A DNA stretch of 63,674 nucleotides, the filler included, from Streblomastix strix (Eukaryota): the NCBI GenBank assembly GCA_008636045.1. It is 4 parts of 4 records of this genome, joined end to end, with 100 filler letters (N's around TTAATTAATTAA, not from the genome) between each part and the next. Parts side by side here need not be neighbours in the genome. Positions count along the whole stretch, not along the records: positions 1 to 15,850 come from SNRW01000920.1; positions 15,951 to 31,797 come from SNRW01000921.1; 2 more parts are not named here. One strand, 5' to 3'. A program made the position numbers and the translations under genes. Shown one piece after another: positions 14,134 to 29,830 of this stretch; the stretch's first letter is position 1; every line of letters begins with the position of its first letter. The notes below the pieces were generated by a model. It had not been told where the DNA came from, did no database searches, and saw nothing but the letters and a program-made list of their open reading frames with translations.

Positions 14134-15850
14134 ATGTACAAAAATATTACAGATAACTACTTTAGCACACTGAAAGTACAAAATCTGGATGCATTGATGC
14201 TGCTTGTAGCTTTTTTCATTCGACAGCTAATGAGATTACAGTTTGCATTTATACTATTTAGAAATATATTCAGTTATATTTTTTTATACATTTTGAAACA
14301 GATTTTATCCATAAGATAACAAGTCGAGACAGTAGACCATGGAATTCGTTACTAAAACTCGCGATTTTTCTTTCAAAGTAATCAACTAAAAATAAGAATG
14401 CACACAAGTACTTCATGCATTTCTGTAGCTTGCTATCTTCAACATTTGGTACAACCAGCATGGTTTTATAAAAGGCACTGGGAACTAGAAGAATCAAATC
14501 GTTTTATTTGATGATTGGGTTTGCTCTGAAAAACGAATTTGTGATCAGATTCTGAAGGGACATTTGAGGAAAAGAATGGTTGAATTGCCAGCATTTTTAA
14601 TAAAGCCATCTCTTGACAAACTTATTTGGATTTTGCAAACTTTCACAATTGTATGCATTGCATTTTTTTATAATCATTATCATATTATTTATTTATTATT
14701 ATTTTTTTATTCTTTAAATCTTTTGTATTTTTTTCTTTCATTAAATCTCTTGTATTTTTTCATTCATATATCCTTCTTCTTATGTTTGATTCATGTTATC
14801 AAATAGTCTTCTTTGCATCATCCATCTGTTGAATTCAGATCAGTCTGTGGAGGCCTCGCGCCAGTTGATGATACAAATCTAAGATTAATAGTTGACAATA
14901 ATCAACAAGGACCAGAATTAAATTAATTATCAGCACTTGTCATATTTTTATTGAGAAGAATGAATATACAAGAATTCAAAAAAGTGGAGCATGCACAGTA
15001 GCTTCTGAAGATTGTTAGATTGCTGGAAGTAATTATTCACAGAGACTCTCCAGTTTACTTTTAATTATTTTATTATTTTAATATATTCTGTTCATTTTTT
15101 ACTCATGTTTTTATTCATTTATATCCTATTCATATAGACATTATCACTATGGTCAACATTACAAAGTGAATTAACATTATTTGAGTTATGCTCAAGAATG
15201 TTATCGCATCAAAAATCTAAGATTGCAGAAGCTGGACTTTTACATCTATATAGATACTTCATTTTATATAACAAAAGATACAATAATACCAATAATGATA
15301 ATAATGATGATGTTACTAATTATCTGAATTAAGAATAAGAATATATTAATTATTAATAAAGAGAATATGAATAATGAATAGAATAAAATAATGAAAAAGA
15401 AAAAGATGTATATAAATAAAAAGAAAATAATAATATAATTGAAGTTAATATGACTAGAAAAATTTAAATTTAATTAAATGGAAAAGATGATAATGATTTT
15501 TGGTAAAGATTTGATCAGATAGTTATTACTGATAGATAACTAACAGATATTATTATGAAAAAGAAGAAAGACATATAATAGGAAGAGAAAGATAGAGAGA
15601 AAATTTAATATTAAATAAAGAATAAATATAATCAATAACTATTAGAGAATGCTCATCCTTACTAATTAATCATAGGTAATATTTTCCCTCCATTGAATTA
15701 TAGATCTTAGTTACCAATATAGTCTTCATAATAATAATAAGTAATAAAAGAAGAATAACCTTTGATTGATGCAGTGATTAATGAATATTCATGTTTGAAT
15801 GAATTTGAAGCAATGTTATTGCCAAAATCGAAAAATAATAATAATAATAA
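14134..15850 (+). CDS. Hypothetical multi-exon protein, probably disrupted; runs into contig end
   Basis: Exon-like blocks (about 14302-14650, 14807-15052, 15139-15850) are separated by GT-AG AT-rich introns. There is an apparent frameshift and an in-frame TGA near 15375. Confidence 0.35.
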
Positions 15851-15950
15851 NNNNNNNNNNNNNNNNNNNNNNNNNNNNNNNNNNNNNNNNNNNNTTAATT
15901 AATTAANNNNNNNNNNNNNNNNNNNNNNNNNNNNNNNNNNNNNNNNNNNN
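15851..15950. other. Artificial contig linker
   Basis: N44-TTAATTAATTAA-N44. Confidence 0.99.
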
Positions 15951-16701
15951 ATCTATCAAGAATAAATATACATTTATATGTACTTGTATTTCCATAGATC
16001 AAATATACTATAAATTGAATGAAAAATCTGAAAATTTACTACTGATTTAAAACTCTTTGCATATTCAATACGAATCTAAATAAAAGGGGGGAGAAGTTTA
16101 CTATGTGAATAAATGATGTGATTTGGATTATAGATTAAGAAACTCATGAGATATAGTGAACTTTATCATAATTGTGGATTTATTCTTGATAGATGATACT
16201 GATGTTATTAATTTGTCTAAGATAAATGCATAGATATGCATTATTAATAGGAGTTAAAAGACGTGATTTATTTATTTCAATAAGGAATAATCAAATGTTT
16301 ATGTTAATGTTTACGTTTAAGGTTGTGAATATGAATATGGAGATGTGTTGTTTGTTTATTTTAATTAAAATAGATCAAATAAGTGAATGAAAATTTAAAA
16401 GTTAAAATAAAATTGCTTAATTAAAAAATAAAAATAAAATATTATTTATAGAATTTTTTCTGATTTTCTTTTTTTATATATATTTTTATTTTATATTTTT
16501 TTAATATTTTTTTTAATATTTTTTTTAATATTTTTTTTAATGTTTTTTAATTTTTTTTTAATTTTTTTAAAATATATTTTTTTTAAATTTTTTTAAATTT
16601 TTTTTAATTTTTAATTAATTATTTTTTATTAATTTTATTTTAAATTTTTTTTAAAAAATATATTAATATAAATATATTATATAAGTTTTGGATTGATTTT
16701 T

Positions 16702-17750
16702 TCAAAGAATATTGCAAGTAGTACTTTTTAATTCTTCATCGTTAATCATTTCAAGACATTTCATTGCTTTTTATTTAATTTCTTCTTATTTATCTTTTTT
16801 CCAATCATATATTTTTCTCAATAAATCAACATATTCATCATTTGTTAATTATTCAACTTTCTATTTAATAAATGATCTAACTTTGAATTTATTAATAATT
16901 GATTAATATTTAAGAATAGAAAGTGAGATATTAAGAGATTCAAGAGTATATATATCATTTGAGAAGAGTCTCCATTCAAATTAATTAGCAAGAATTGCAT
17001 CATGGTTATCTTTATAAATATTATATATTAAAATAAATATTAAAATAATTAACATTTATATTAATATAAATATATTCAATAATAAATAAAAAAAAGTATA
17101 CCAGGACATTCAGCAAGAAGTGAAAGTTCTCCAAAATCATCATTAATTTTGAGTTATTCAATAACATTATTTCTGATTTCTTGTGGAAGAGGAAGAGATT
17201 TGAATAAATATGAAAGTGTTTTTGCAATCTAATGATGAATATTATAATTTTTTGCATCTTTGAATATTTGAATTAATTTAAATATTGTTCCATCAGATTA
17301 TAATTATTAATATAATGGATGTTATTCTTCATCTTTTAATCCATTAATTTATGGTTTGATAAAATTCAATATTATATCAATTGATTCTTTTCTAACATTA
17401 TTATCTTTAGAATTTTATATATTAATAATTAATTAAGAAATTAAATGAATATTATCCTTATCATTTATTACTGTTATTACCATTTGAAGTAATTCTTTAA
17501 ATTTGGATTTAATTTATTATTTTTTATCAGAATTCCAATTATTCCAAGATTTATTTCCCAATTCATCAACATATTTATCATTTGTTAATTATTCTACTTT
17601 TTCTTTAATAACAGAAGCAACTCTTAATTTATTAATATTTGATCCAAATTTAAGAATTGAAAGTGAGATATTAAGATATATAAGTGATTAATATTCATCT
17701 TTGAAGAGTTTTATTTCAAAATCATCAGCAAGAATGACATCATGATTATC
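16702..17750 (-). CDS. 5'-truncated helical-repeat protein with two tandem copies of the DNHDxIL segment
   Basis: DNHDVILADDF...LNISLSILK...KVEQLTND is repeated as DNHDAILANQF...LNISLSILK...KVEQLTND. The intervening sequence is HPLYQQLQSDGTIFKL...LLAECP followed by a GT-AG intron. Stop TGA at 16702-16704. Confidence 0.75.
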
Positions 17751-17793
17751 TTTTTATGTAAAATATTGAAAAAAAAAATAAATATTAAATATT

Positions 17794-19737
<1,944 letters not shown>

Positions 19738-20040
19738 TTGGGAAAAACAAAAACATTTCACATGTGCATTAACTCCATAAATTTTGCTATTTATTTAATT
19801 GTTAGCTTATCACTTCCATTTGCATTACTTTGAATAGTAATTGATTTATTTGTCTGAAGTTAGTCTTCTAGTCTTGTATTAAATTTTAATAATTTTCGTA
19901 TTGATTTTTATTTATTTTATATTTATTTTGTATAAAGGCGTATTTAATATTAGATTTTTTCTTTATGTTCTCAATATAAAAATTCATTTAGGGATCTAAT
20001 AATAAAAACTTTGTATTTTAAATATACCACTTAAAAATTA

Positions 20041-21717
20041 TCAAATAATTATAAATTTTACTATCATTGCATTATAGATCAAACTCATTGTTATTTTTGC
20101 ATATTCATCAACTTTATCTTATTTTAGTTCTTATGAGTTGTATTAGCAACAATCAATCCCTTCAAGACCACCATTGCACTCAATATCTTCTTATATGCAC
20201 TATAGAAGATTTGTCTGTGGTGAATAATTTTGTTTTTCTTGATGTTGTGACCTGAGAATTTTAATTAAATTATACAATAAATCTAATATCAAACAATTTA
20301 CTTTTTCTTTATCGGATTGTTCAGAACTAAGAATCTAAATCATACATTGTACTATTTTAAATTCTTTAACAATGGTTATTAATTAATCTTCATTCCAATA
20401 GTTAACGATCGAGCTTATACATTTTAATGATTTGATATTAAGTTATGACTGTTAGTATATTTACAATTCTGTTTAATTATTTCTATGCTTTATTTTTATC
20501 AAATCCACAAGTACTTTTTCAAGACCAGGAGTTGATGCAGTTTATTTGCATATGATGTCAGTTTTTACAAGTAGAGTATTCAGAAGAAACAGAGAACCAA
20601 TATTTGATGATGAAGAATTTATGCAAATTTCTGAGATACTTGAAAATGAAGTGGAAATTTGATTAATTTAGTTATTAATTTGGGAAGGAATCTAAATTAA
20701 TGAAAGAATATGAGGAATTAGATGCTCGAATACTTTGTGTTTCACTACAATTGATTCTTTATAATGCTTTAAATCAAAAGTTAGTTATGCAAGTGCTCCA
20801 AATACTAAACCAAGAAGTACTTATGTTGATTACAAATCCGGAAGATTAACACTTAAAGAACATTTCAAATCAGATGGACATTATATATGAACCAATTTAA
20901 TCAATACTTCTTAGATTTTTAGTTCGAATAAAAAGTACCATCTGTTGCTCCAATTTTCTGTAAGATATTATAGTGCTTTAATTAATTATCCAATTTCTCT
21001 AGTTTATATTTAAAATGCAATTTTATCTTTGTTTATGTTAATATTGAGAGATGTTGAGTTGAGTTATTGAATAAAATCATCAATTTTGAATTAAAAATAA
21101 TGTGCAAATAAAGAGCAGATATCCTTGCCTATTTAATTATTCTTATTCATAAAGCAATATGCTATCAATCTTTTGCTTTGAAATTATGAGAATGAACAGT
21201 TTTATATTCCAATTTATTTAATATTCCTCGAAAATAAATGAAGTATTCCTTCAATGGTATATAATAATCTTGACCATATAAATAAATTGTGGAATTTATT
21301 CTTAGAATTATTCGATGCGATTTCAGCACCGTATTCAGCAATGCTTTCAACATTTTTGTACAATTCTAGTTGACTTGTAGTAAAACTATCTTCGAATTAT
21401 GTTTCTAAACCTATGTTAATATTTGATTAGTTCATATAAGCTTGATTTTAATGATCCATTGGAGAAATAAATTGATTTTAAGTATTTATTATTTCATTTG
21501 AAGGCAAGTCAGATTTCTATTCAGGAGCAGATTAGCTTGGCGATATTTATGTAAACATGTTTTGTTATTCTTCTATTTTAAATGTTTATGGTTCTTACGT
21601 CAAAGGTTTAGTGAATTTCTTATCAAAATGGTCGTTTCGTTCAGAATTCAGTGAATTAATATTATTCTCATTATGAATTTTTATCTAGCATTTATTCTCT
21701 TCTAAAATATTTTGCAT
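20041..21717 (-). pseudogene. Frameshifted member of the AGG/EGGxEE helical family
   Basis: ATG at 21717 opens about 380 codons including LVHIQCPSDL and EHLIPH. Frameshifts follow. The tail reads IQEDIECNGGLEGIDCC...IVKFIII*. Confidence 0.65.
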
Positions 21718-21800
21718 AATATGATAATGTTGTAGTGGTTATAAACTTCTGTTTTATTCAGCGCCTTATAATTGTTTTATTTTTTAGTAAATATAATTTA

Positions 21801-24800
21801 ATGGCTGATAATAGCAACGAATTAGAAATACCGTATTTCAATTATTATTCTTCACATCGAAGAAACTTTTTCCTTTTTTTATTTTTTTTATTTTCATAGA
21901 ATTACATCCAGTAAGAAAGTTTGCAACAATTGCAAAAATTCTGAAATAATATATGATCACCAGAGAGGATAGCATATATGTACATCATGCGGAGCGGTAT
22001 GCTGCAATCGAATATTTTATTTTATTGAATTAATTTCTCGTTTCGTTTGATTGTATTAAGGTTGTTGATGAAAATGCTATTGTTTCCGAGCTAACATTCT
22101 AGGAGAGCTCATCTGGCGCTATATCGATGGTGGGACAGTTCGTTCCTAATTCAGGCGGCGGAGTCAATGTTGGCGGCCACTTCTTGCAAGAATCTCGCGA
22201 GGTCACCATCCGAAATGCCAAGCGAAGGATCGGCCAGCTAGCAGACCTAGTCGGGCTTAACCACCGCCAAGTCGAAAGCGCAGTTCGACTGTATCTTCTC
22301 GCTGTACAGATGGGTTTCCTCCGCGGTAGGAGATCCGAGATTGTTCACGCCGTCTGTTTGTACATCGTCTGCCGCCGTGACAGAACACACCACATGTTGA
22401 TTGACTTCTCAGACAAGATGCAGATTAATGTATTTATTCTTGGTGCGTGCCTGCTTAAATTCATCAAGACCTTCCACATAACAATGCCGATAATCGATCC
22501 GTCGCTTTTCATACACCGATTTTCCGCTAATTTGGATTTCGGCGAAAAAACGCACCAAGTCTCACTTACAGCATTAAAACTCGTCCAGCAGATGAAGCGC
22601 GACTGGATCGTGACAGGCCGTTCTCCAGCAGGCGTGTGTGGTGCTGCACTGCTGATAGCAGCAAGAATCCACAACTTTGAGCGAAGTCAGAAATAGATAG
22701 TTGAAGTCGTGCGCATATGCAACCACACTCTAAGAAACAGGTTGCTTGAGTTTGAAGAGACGCCAACTGCGCATATGTCACTGGACGAGTTCAACAGAGC
22801 TACGGATGAGCTCGAGAAACAGGAGGAAATGGAGGAAAATGAGGAAGTAGATAATAATAATAATAATATTAATGATAATGATAATAATGAAGAAAACAAT
22901 AGTAATGATGTAAATAGTACTAAAAAAAGTCAATAATCAGAAGTTAAGATCGTGGTTGGAATTGGATTTGGAGATGTTAGTAGCAAAGGACGATAAGGAG
23001 GCCGTGATGATGGAATGGATCCGCCTTCATTCAGGAGAAATAGAGAATAAGAATAAGAATATTAAGAATAATAAGAATAATAAGAATTAAATGAAGAAGA
23101 ATAAGAATTGTAATAATAATAAATTAAATTGAATTATATAGGAAAAGATAAAATAAAAGATAAAAATGATTATGAAGAAAAAGATTGGTAGTATAATTTA
23201 ATGGATAAAAAATAAGATGGGGAAAATAAAGCAAATTTAATGGGAGGACATATGCATAAATATTAAATAAAGAAGAATAAAGAAAAAAATTAAATTAAAA
23301 AACAATAATAATAAATATCAGAAATAAAATCAGATAAATTAATAAATAAACAATAAAAAAACAAGAAAAAGGAAAAATAAAAGAAAAAGAAGATAAAACG
23401 AAAGTTAAATATTTCTGATAATGAAAATTAATCCAATTCATAATTTGAATCTGAATCAGAATCCATAATTGATAATGAATCAGATAGCGATTATTAAGAA
23501 GGATAATCAACAGGAATTGATGAAGATGAAGAAGAATATGAAATTGAAATTTAGAATAAAATTGAAAGGGAAGAAATTGATGGATTGGAAATTGTATCTG
23601 ATAGTAGTTATAAAATAGAAGATATTGAACAATAAAGAAATTAGAAATTAAATGGGAAATTAAATTAAAGTGATTCTGAAGAAACGGACAATGAAACTTA
23701 AATGTTACCACCAAATTCATCAAAATAAATACAAAAACGAAATCGAAAACAAGATATAAATAAATAATAATAATTTTCATCTTCATCATCATCATCATCT
23801 TCTTCATCATCTTCATCATCATCATCTTCTTCCTACCAACAAATAGATCCCAACTTAGATGATGAAAATGAACAAACACAAAACCAATTTGAAACATCAA
23901 ACCAAAATCTTAAACAGGATATCGATGACATTGGCGATGATGTAATGGCTATTCTTGATAAGGAGATGTTCTGGAGAAGAAAGAAGAGGATGAATTCAGA
24001 TGGAAAATTGAATATGTCTGGATTGAGAATTGGAATTGGTAGAGGTAAGATGGGAAGAGGTAATAATAGTATTGCGAATAGGAAAAATAAAAATAAAGTT
24101 TAGGAAAAAGAATAAGAAATGGAATAAGAATTAGAAAAAGAAAAAGATAATGGAAATGAGTAAGAAGATGAATAATAATTAGAGAAGGAGAAAGAATAAT
24201 ATTAATCTGACGAATAAGAGAAAGTGAAAGTTAATAAATCAAAGAAGAAGAAGAAGAAGAAGAAAGGAAAGAAGTTAGTGAAAGAAAAAGAGTTATTGAA
24301 GGAAAAAGAAAAAGATTAAGAATTTGAATAAGAATAATAGAAAGAAAATTAAGAAAATGAAGTAGAAGAAGAATAATTAAAAGTTAAATACAATTTCCGT
24401 AATCTAAAGAAAGTGAAAAGAACTCGGAAATAATTAAATGAAGAAATTTCAGATGATGATGAAATATCAAAAGAATTAATTTCAACTAATAATGAATAAA
24501 ACGAATAAAAAGGCATCAAAAGAAAAAGAATAAGCAAAACAAACAACGAATATGAATCTGATTCTGAATATGATTTCTAATAATAAGATGTAGATTAAGA
24601 TGAATATGAATAAGATGTAAGTGTATATGAATCTAATAGTTATTATGAAGAAGAAGATGATGATGATTAATCAGGAAATGATTCAATTTCAGATATAAAT
24701 GAGAAAGAATCATTATTTGAGAATAAGAATGAAAATGAAAAAGAAAATAATAATTAAATTAAATTAATCAAAGAAAAAAGAATTAAAAAACATAAAAATA

Positions 24801-27522
24801 AAAATAAGAAAAAATCTAAGAGAAAAAACATAAAGAACAAAAGAACTAAAAATAAGATGAAATTAATATCCAGTAGTGATGAAGAAGATGATTAAGAAGA
24901 AAATGAACAAGAATCAGATTCAGAATAAATAAAAGAATAAAGCAAATCTGAACCCGAAACGCGAAAACAGATGTTGAAACGTGAATTGAAGAAGCGATTG
25001 GCTTCAGGAATGGATTTATAATAAGCGCTTGGAATTGGGATTAACATATAAGAACTGGAAAAGCCTGATTTTAATTCTAAAAATAATACTAATATTAATA
25101 ATAATTTGAATAGAGAAATTGTGGATTTGGATGATGATAGATTAAAAGAGAAAGAAAAAGATGATAATAATGGAATTGAAAAAGATAATGATAATAATGA
25201 AAGCATCTAATTAAATGATGATACATAAACATAAAATGATGGAAATGATTTATATATATAAAATAGACTAAAACTGAATATTGATTAAAACAACTTTATG
25301 AATAATAATATAGATAATAACTCTTTGAACTTAATATAAGAATCATAATTGAATTAATAAAGCAAACCTCTTATTCCACTTTATTTATAGGATGAATTGA
25401 ATATAAAACAGAATAAGAACGTTGATATGATATATCCATAGAGTGCGATTGAAGTAGCTGAACTTCTGATGGAAGGTATATTTATTATATGTTAAAATAT
25501 TATAATACTAAAAATTAAATATATATTATCATTATTATATTAATTATGATTATATATAATTATTTTATATTATATAAGGCGAATTAATTGAAGAAGACAT
25601 GTAAGAAGCATTGGAAGATTTTGATCTAATTGAAAATATTGATAAATTCGAAAAAGTTAAAGAGAAAGATATTTAAATCGAAAAAGTCAAATTTAAAGAA
25701 AAGGATAAAGAAAAAGAAAATATAAACAAAATAAATGAAAATTCTCAGTTTTAATCAGTTTTTGGAGCCAATTTACTTACACAATAAACATCACAAACAC
25801 AAAACACACTTTCTTCTTTATATTCTTCATCACAACAGTTAAATTCATCTTCATCATCCTAATCTTCATCATAAGAATTATCATTAGAATTTAATTCTTT
25901 ATCATAATCATCTTCATCTTCCACTTCATCATCATCTTCATCATAATAATAACTCCAATCTCCTACATTCAACCTCATCTTCCAATTCCCCAAATCCAGT
26001 CGGCCACCTCCAGAATCTTTTGAAGGGTACATTGAGACTGATCCGAACACATGGAAGGATATCGATGATGATGAGATTGTTAGTAATTACATGTATTCAC
26101 AAGAGGAGAAATTAGTGAAGGAGAAATTATGGGTTGAATTATACTCACAGTTTATGGCTGAACAAGAAGAGAAGAAAAGACTGAAAAAAGAAAAATAGGA
26201 TCAAAAGATTAATAGACAGCATTTGCATCAGTCAAGATCGTAGTCGAGACAATCATAGCAAATTCCCGGATTGTAGCTGATGGGTTTAGATATGAGTGGA
26301 AATATTATTACTCAAGAACCTTAAATAAATATGGATAATTCTGAGTTAGATTAGTTTGGAAAATAAAAAGTGAAAGATAAAAACAATCTTGATATCGCAT
26401 CTGCTTCACTTCCTGCTCTTAAAAGGCATATTAGTCAGAACATTAATTATCAAGTTACACAAAATTTATTCAAAGTCGATCAAGAAGAACTAAATAAACC
26501 ATCATAATTCTTCTCAAACACTAATTAATATTCGCAAATGGATGATACCAACCAGAATAACTATGATTCGAGATCTGATTATCGCATTGAAGAGGAAAAT
26601 GACCTTAAAAAAGACAGTATAAGCATCCCTACAACACCAATAGTTCTACAACAATATTAATCACTAACGCCAACATCTTTCATACATGCTAATCAGATGC
26701 GGAAACAACCTTAATAATATTCATAATAATAATCATCACTTCAAAGGCAATCTCCAGTATCACTTCACATTGTGCCTTCACCGAACATACAATCGAATGT
26801 TTCATTCATAAACAATCCATCTTCTTTACATTAATAACAATAACAGTAACAATATAATTACCAGTAATCAATCCGGTCTCCAAATGCATCTCCAATTCCA
26901 CTTCGAACAGGCAGTGTTCCAGGACTTGCAAAGATTGGAAGCACCAGTGGAATGAATTTAGTTGGATAATAATAGTAGTAATAATAACCATAACAATATC
27001 AACAACAATAATAATATAACAGAAACACTGGACAAGAATTCATTTCATATGGGCCAATGCTGAATGCAAGATCGCCCCTTGCGCATTCTCCATAACCATT
27101 ACCATCTCCATCTGGTGTGCATCAGATTGGAAGACTTGGATCGATGTTCAGATAATAGACGCCGTAATGTATGATTATATTAATGTATAATATATATTTA
27201 TATATATGTATATGACATTATTTTAATGTATAGTATTTACTAATTTAATTATATATTATTCATATTTCAATATTTTTAATATAAAAATTAAAATCGTAAT
27301 ATAATTTAATTATTATTATCATTAATAAAAGTCCTTCAAAGTGCCTCTCCACAGACAATGTACTTTCCAGGTAATATAAACCAATAATTAAATACAATAA
27401 CTTCCCCACGTCCAATGCAATCGCCTTCTGTTCCTTCCATATTGATACCATTCAATCAAATGAATTAGTATTAATCTTCTTCTTCTAATTAGAATCAGTA
27501 TGCAATACATGGATAATAATGA
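21801..27522 (+). CDS. BRF1: TFIIIB subunit BRF1 (TFIIB-related factor), greatly enlarged
   Basis: Zn ribbon CNNC...CTSCG, then VSELTF, FLRGRR...AVCLYIVCR, IDPSLFIHRF, MKRDWIVTGRSPAGVCGAALLIAAR and DPPSF. TBP-binding blocks DIDDDEIVSNY...EKLVKEKLW and ISQNINY. Four GT-AG introns; TGA at 27520-27522. Confidence 0.93.
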
Positions 27523-28013
27523 GCTTTTTTGGATATAAAATTAATATAGTAAATTTGTGATATCTTATCTTTTATTTTTTGCATTTATTGTTGAATAATA
27601 AAATTAATATTTTTTTATAACATTAGCTTGAAAGTATTTATTAACTATATTATAATTACATAAGTATTAAATTTATTTGTTAGAAGCAAGTTAAATTTAA
27701 AAAAACTGTCTGATGCTATAATTAAAACAATTTCTAGTATAAAATCATGAAAAATATAAAAATATTGTACTTTAAATGTATAAATATTAAATATATCAAT
27801 ATTATTTTCAATATTGTCTCACAATTTCATATGCTAATTAATTTTCGCTAAAACTAAATTTTTTTCAGGAAATAGATTAGTAATCTATCTTAATATATAT
27901 AATATTTTTATTAAACGCATAATATAATAAATGAAAGTTAATGAAAATATTTATTAATCCTTCGTTTAGCTTGTTTGAAATTTTTTTACAATTTTTATTT
28001 ATTTATATTTTAG

Positions 28014-29588
28014 ATGTCTGCGCGCAAAGAATATTAATAAATTTGCAATAAGAATAAACGCCCACGAATATCTTCGAGTGAAATCTGCCAAGCTTCAGAT
28101 GAAAGTATTACTTCTGTATAAAGAAAAGTCAAAAAACTGATTACAGAAATTTCATAAAAAACGTAAAGAATAAAATAACAGGAAAAATTGAAACACAAAA
28201 AAGTTTAACTGATAATTCCGCTTGTTATGGGAATGTCTTCAAAATAAATATAAGAAACTTTTGATCATCCACTCTGTGTTGAACTCGCATCATAATTTGT
28301 TGACTGCCATAGTGATTCTGAATTTGAGATGCTCAATGTTGTTGAAATTATTGCATAATGTGCTGCCGAATTATAGAATGATGTTGAACACCGCAAGTTC
28401 TCAGACATTATAATCAAATCTGGATTATATTAAACTATAATAAATTGTTTTTATGAGAAAGTACCTTCGGGAGATGTCAATTAAAACGATTTAGTCGATT
28501 CTAATTCATTGAAATAGCTATCGCGCATCTATTGTTACATGTTAAGCTTCTCAATTGAAGAAGAAGCTCTTTCCTGGTATTCAGAATACATAATTTGCTC
28601 AGACATTTCTAACTATATAGAGCTTATTAATTAAAGTTTTAAGGATATAATTAATCCAAAAATAGATATAACTGAGAAAATGTTTGAAGAATTGAATTTG
28701 TCAAAATATATGGAAGAATTAGAAAATTTATTGAAAGCTCTTAAATATGGCACAAAAGATGAAGAAGATGGCATTAATTTAAATGAGAATTTTGAATAAT
28801 CAAAAGATATCTGCAAACTATTTCACATTAACTGCCCAAATAATTTGAATTGCAAACATAAAATGAATTTTCCTATAAATTTTAATCCAAAATCTTTGCA
28901 TTTGCTTGCTCTAGAAGTTCTTGGCCAATTCCCTTAGATTATGAATAAACCTAATCTTTATTATGTTGGTAATACTAGTGTAGTTAATCATCTTGCTCCA
29001 ATAATTATCTAATTTACCACGAACTGTTTGCTTGCATTTAAACAAAAGTATAAATTATAATCAGATCCTTCACAATAGCAATTTAGCATTTATTTTAACC
29101 TTCTTCATCGCTTAGTTGCATTTAATAAAAGCTTTGTTCAAGTCATTTGTGAATATCCCAGACTTCTAAATTCGATATTAACTTTTGTTGACATATGTGA
29201 AACCGATCAAGATGATGAATAGATCGAAAACTAAAAGATTTTAGCTAAGATTCGATGTTAGAGTATTGATATTTTATCCAAAGTTTGCCAGTATGGAAAT
29301 GAATATTATAAACATCATATTCTTGTAGAAATGAATCTATTCCGATAGTTGATGAAAACAGCTGGAATTGCAGGAGGAAGCAAAGAATCTAACATTGGAG
29401 TTATTGATTGTGTTAGAAGTTTTTATTGTCATGTTATTCAGTCTATTAAATAAGATAAAAATGGTAAGATAACAAAGTCTAGTATTCTTTAGGAAACAAA
29501 GGAATTATTAGAAGAAGAAGGTGGAATTGAAGAGTTTGATTCTCTTGAAAAGCTGTATGAAGACTGGAAATTCATTTCATTTAAATGA
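28014..29588 (+). CDS. Intronless 524-aa helical protein of the AGG/EGGxEE family
   Basis: ATG to TGA is 1575 bp, open with TAR=Gln. Contains LFHINCP, NHLAP, AGIAGGSKE and EEEGGIEEFDS. Confidence 0.85.
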
Positions 29589-29830
29589 TTTTTAGCTTTA
29601 AATTGATTAATTAAAGTATAGAGTTACCATGTCATTAATTAATCAATGATCAACGTAAATATAAACAACTTACTTACTTAATTATTAAAATTTGATAAAT
29701 AATAATTCTTACTTTACTATTTAAAAATTAAAAATAATTTTTATTTTACGTACCAATTTATTTAATTAAACTTATACTCCCAATTTTCCTTTAATAATCT
29801 TATTGTTTTTATCAGTACAAACTACAGGTG

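Noticed and set aside
15951..16400. Possible gene at the start of contig 2
   Set aside because: All + frames contain TGA stops and no motif was recognised.
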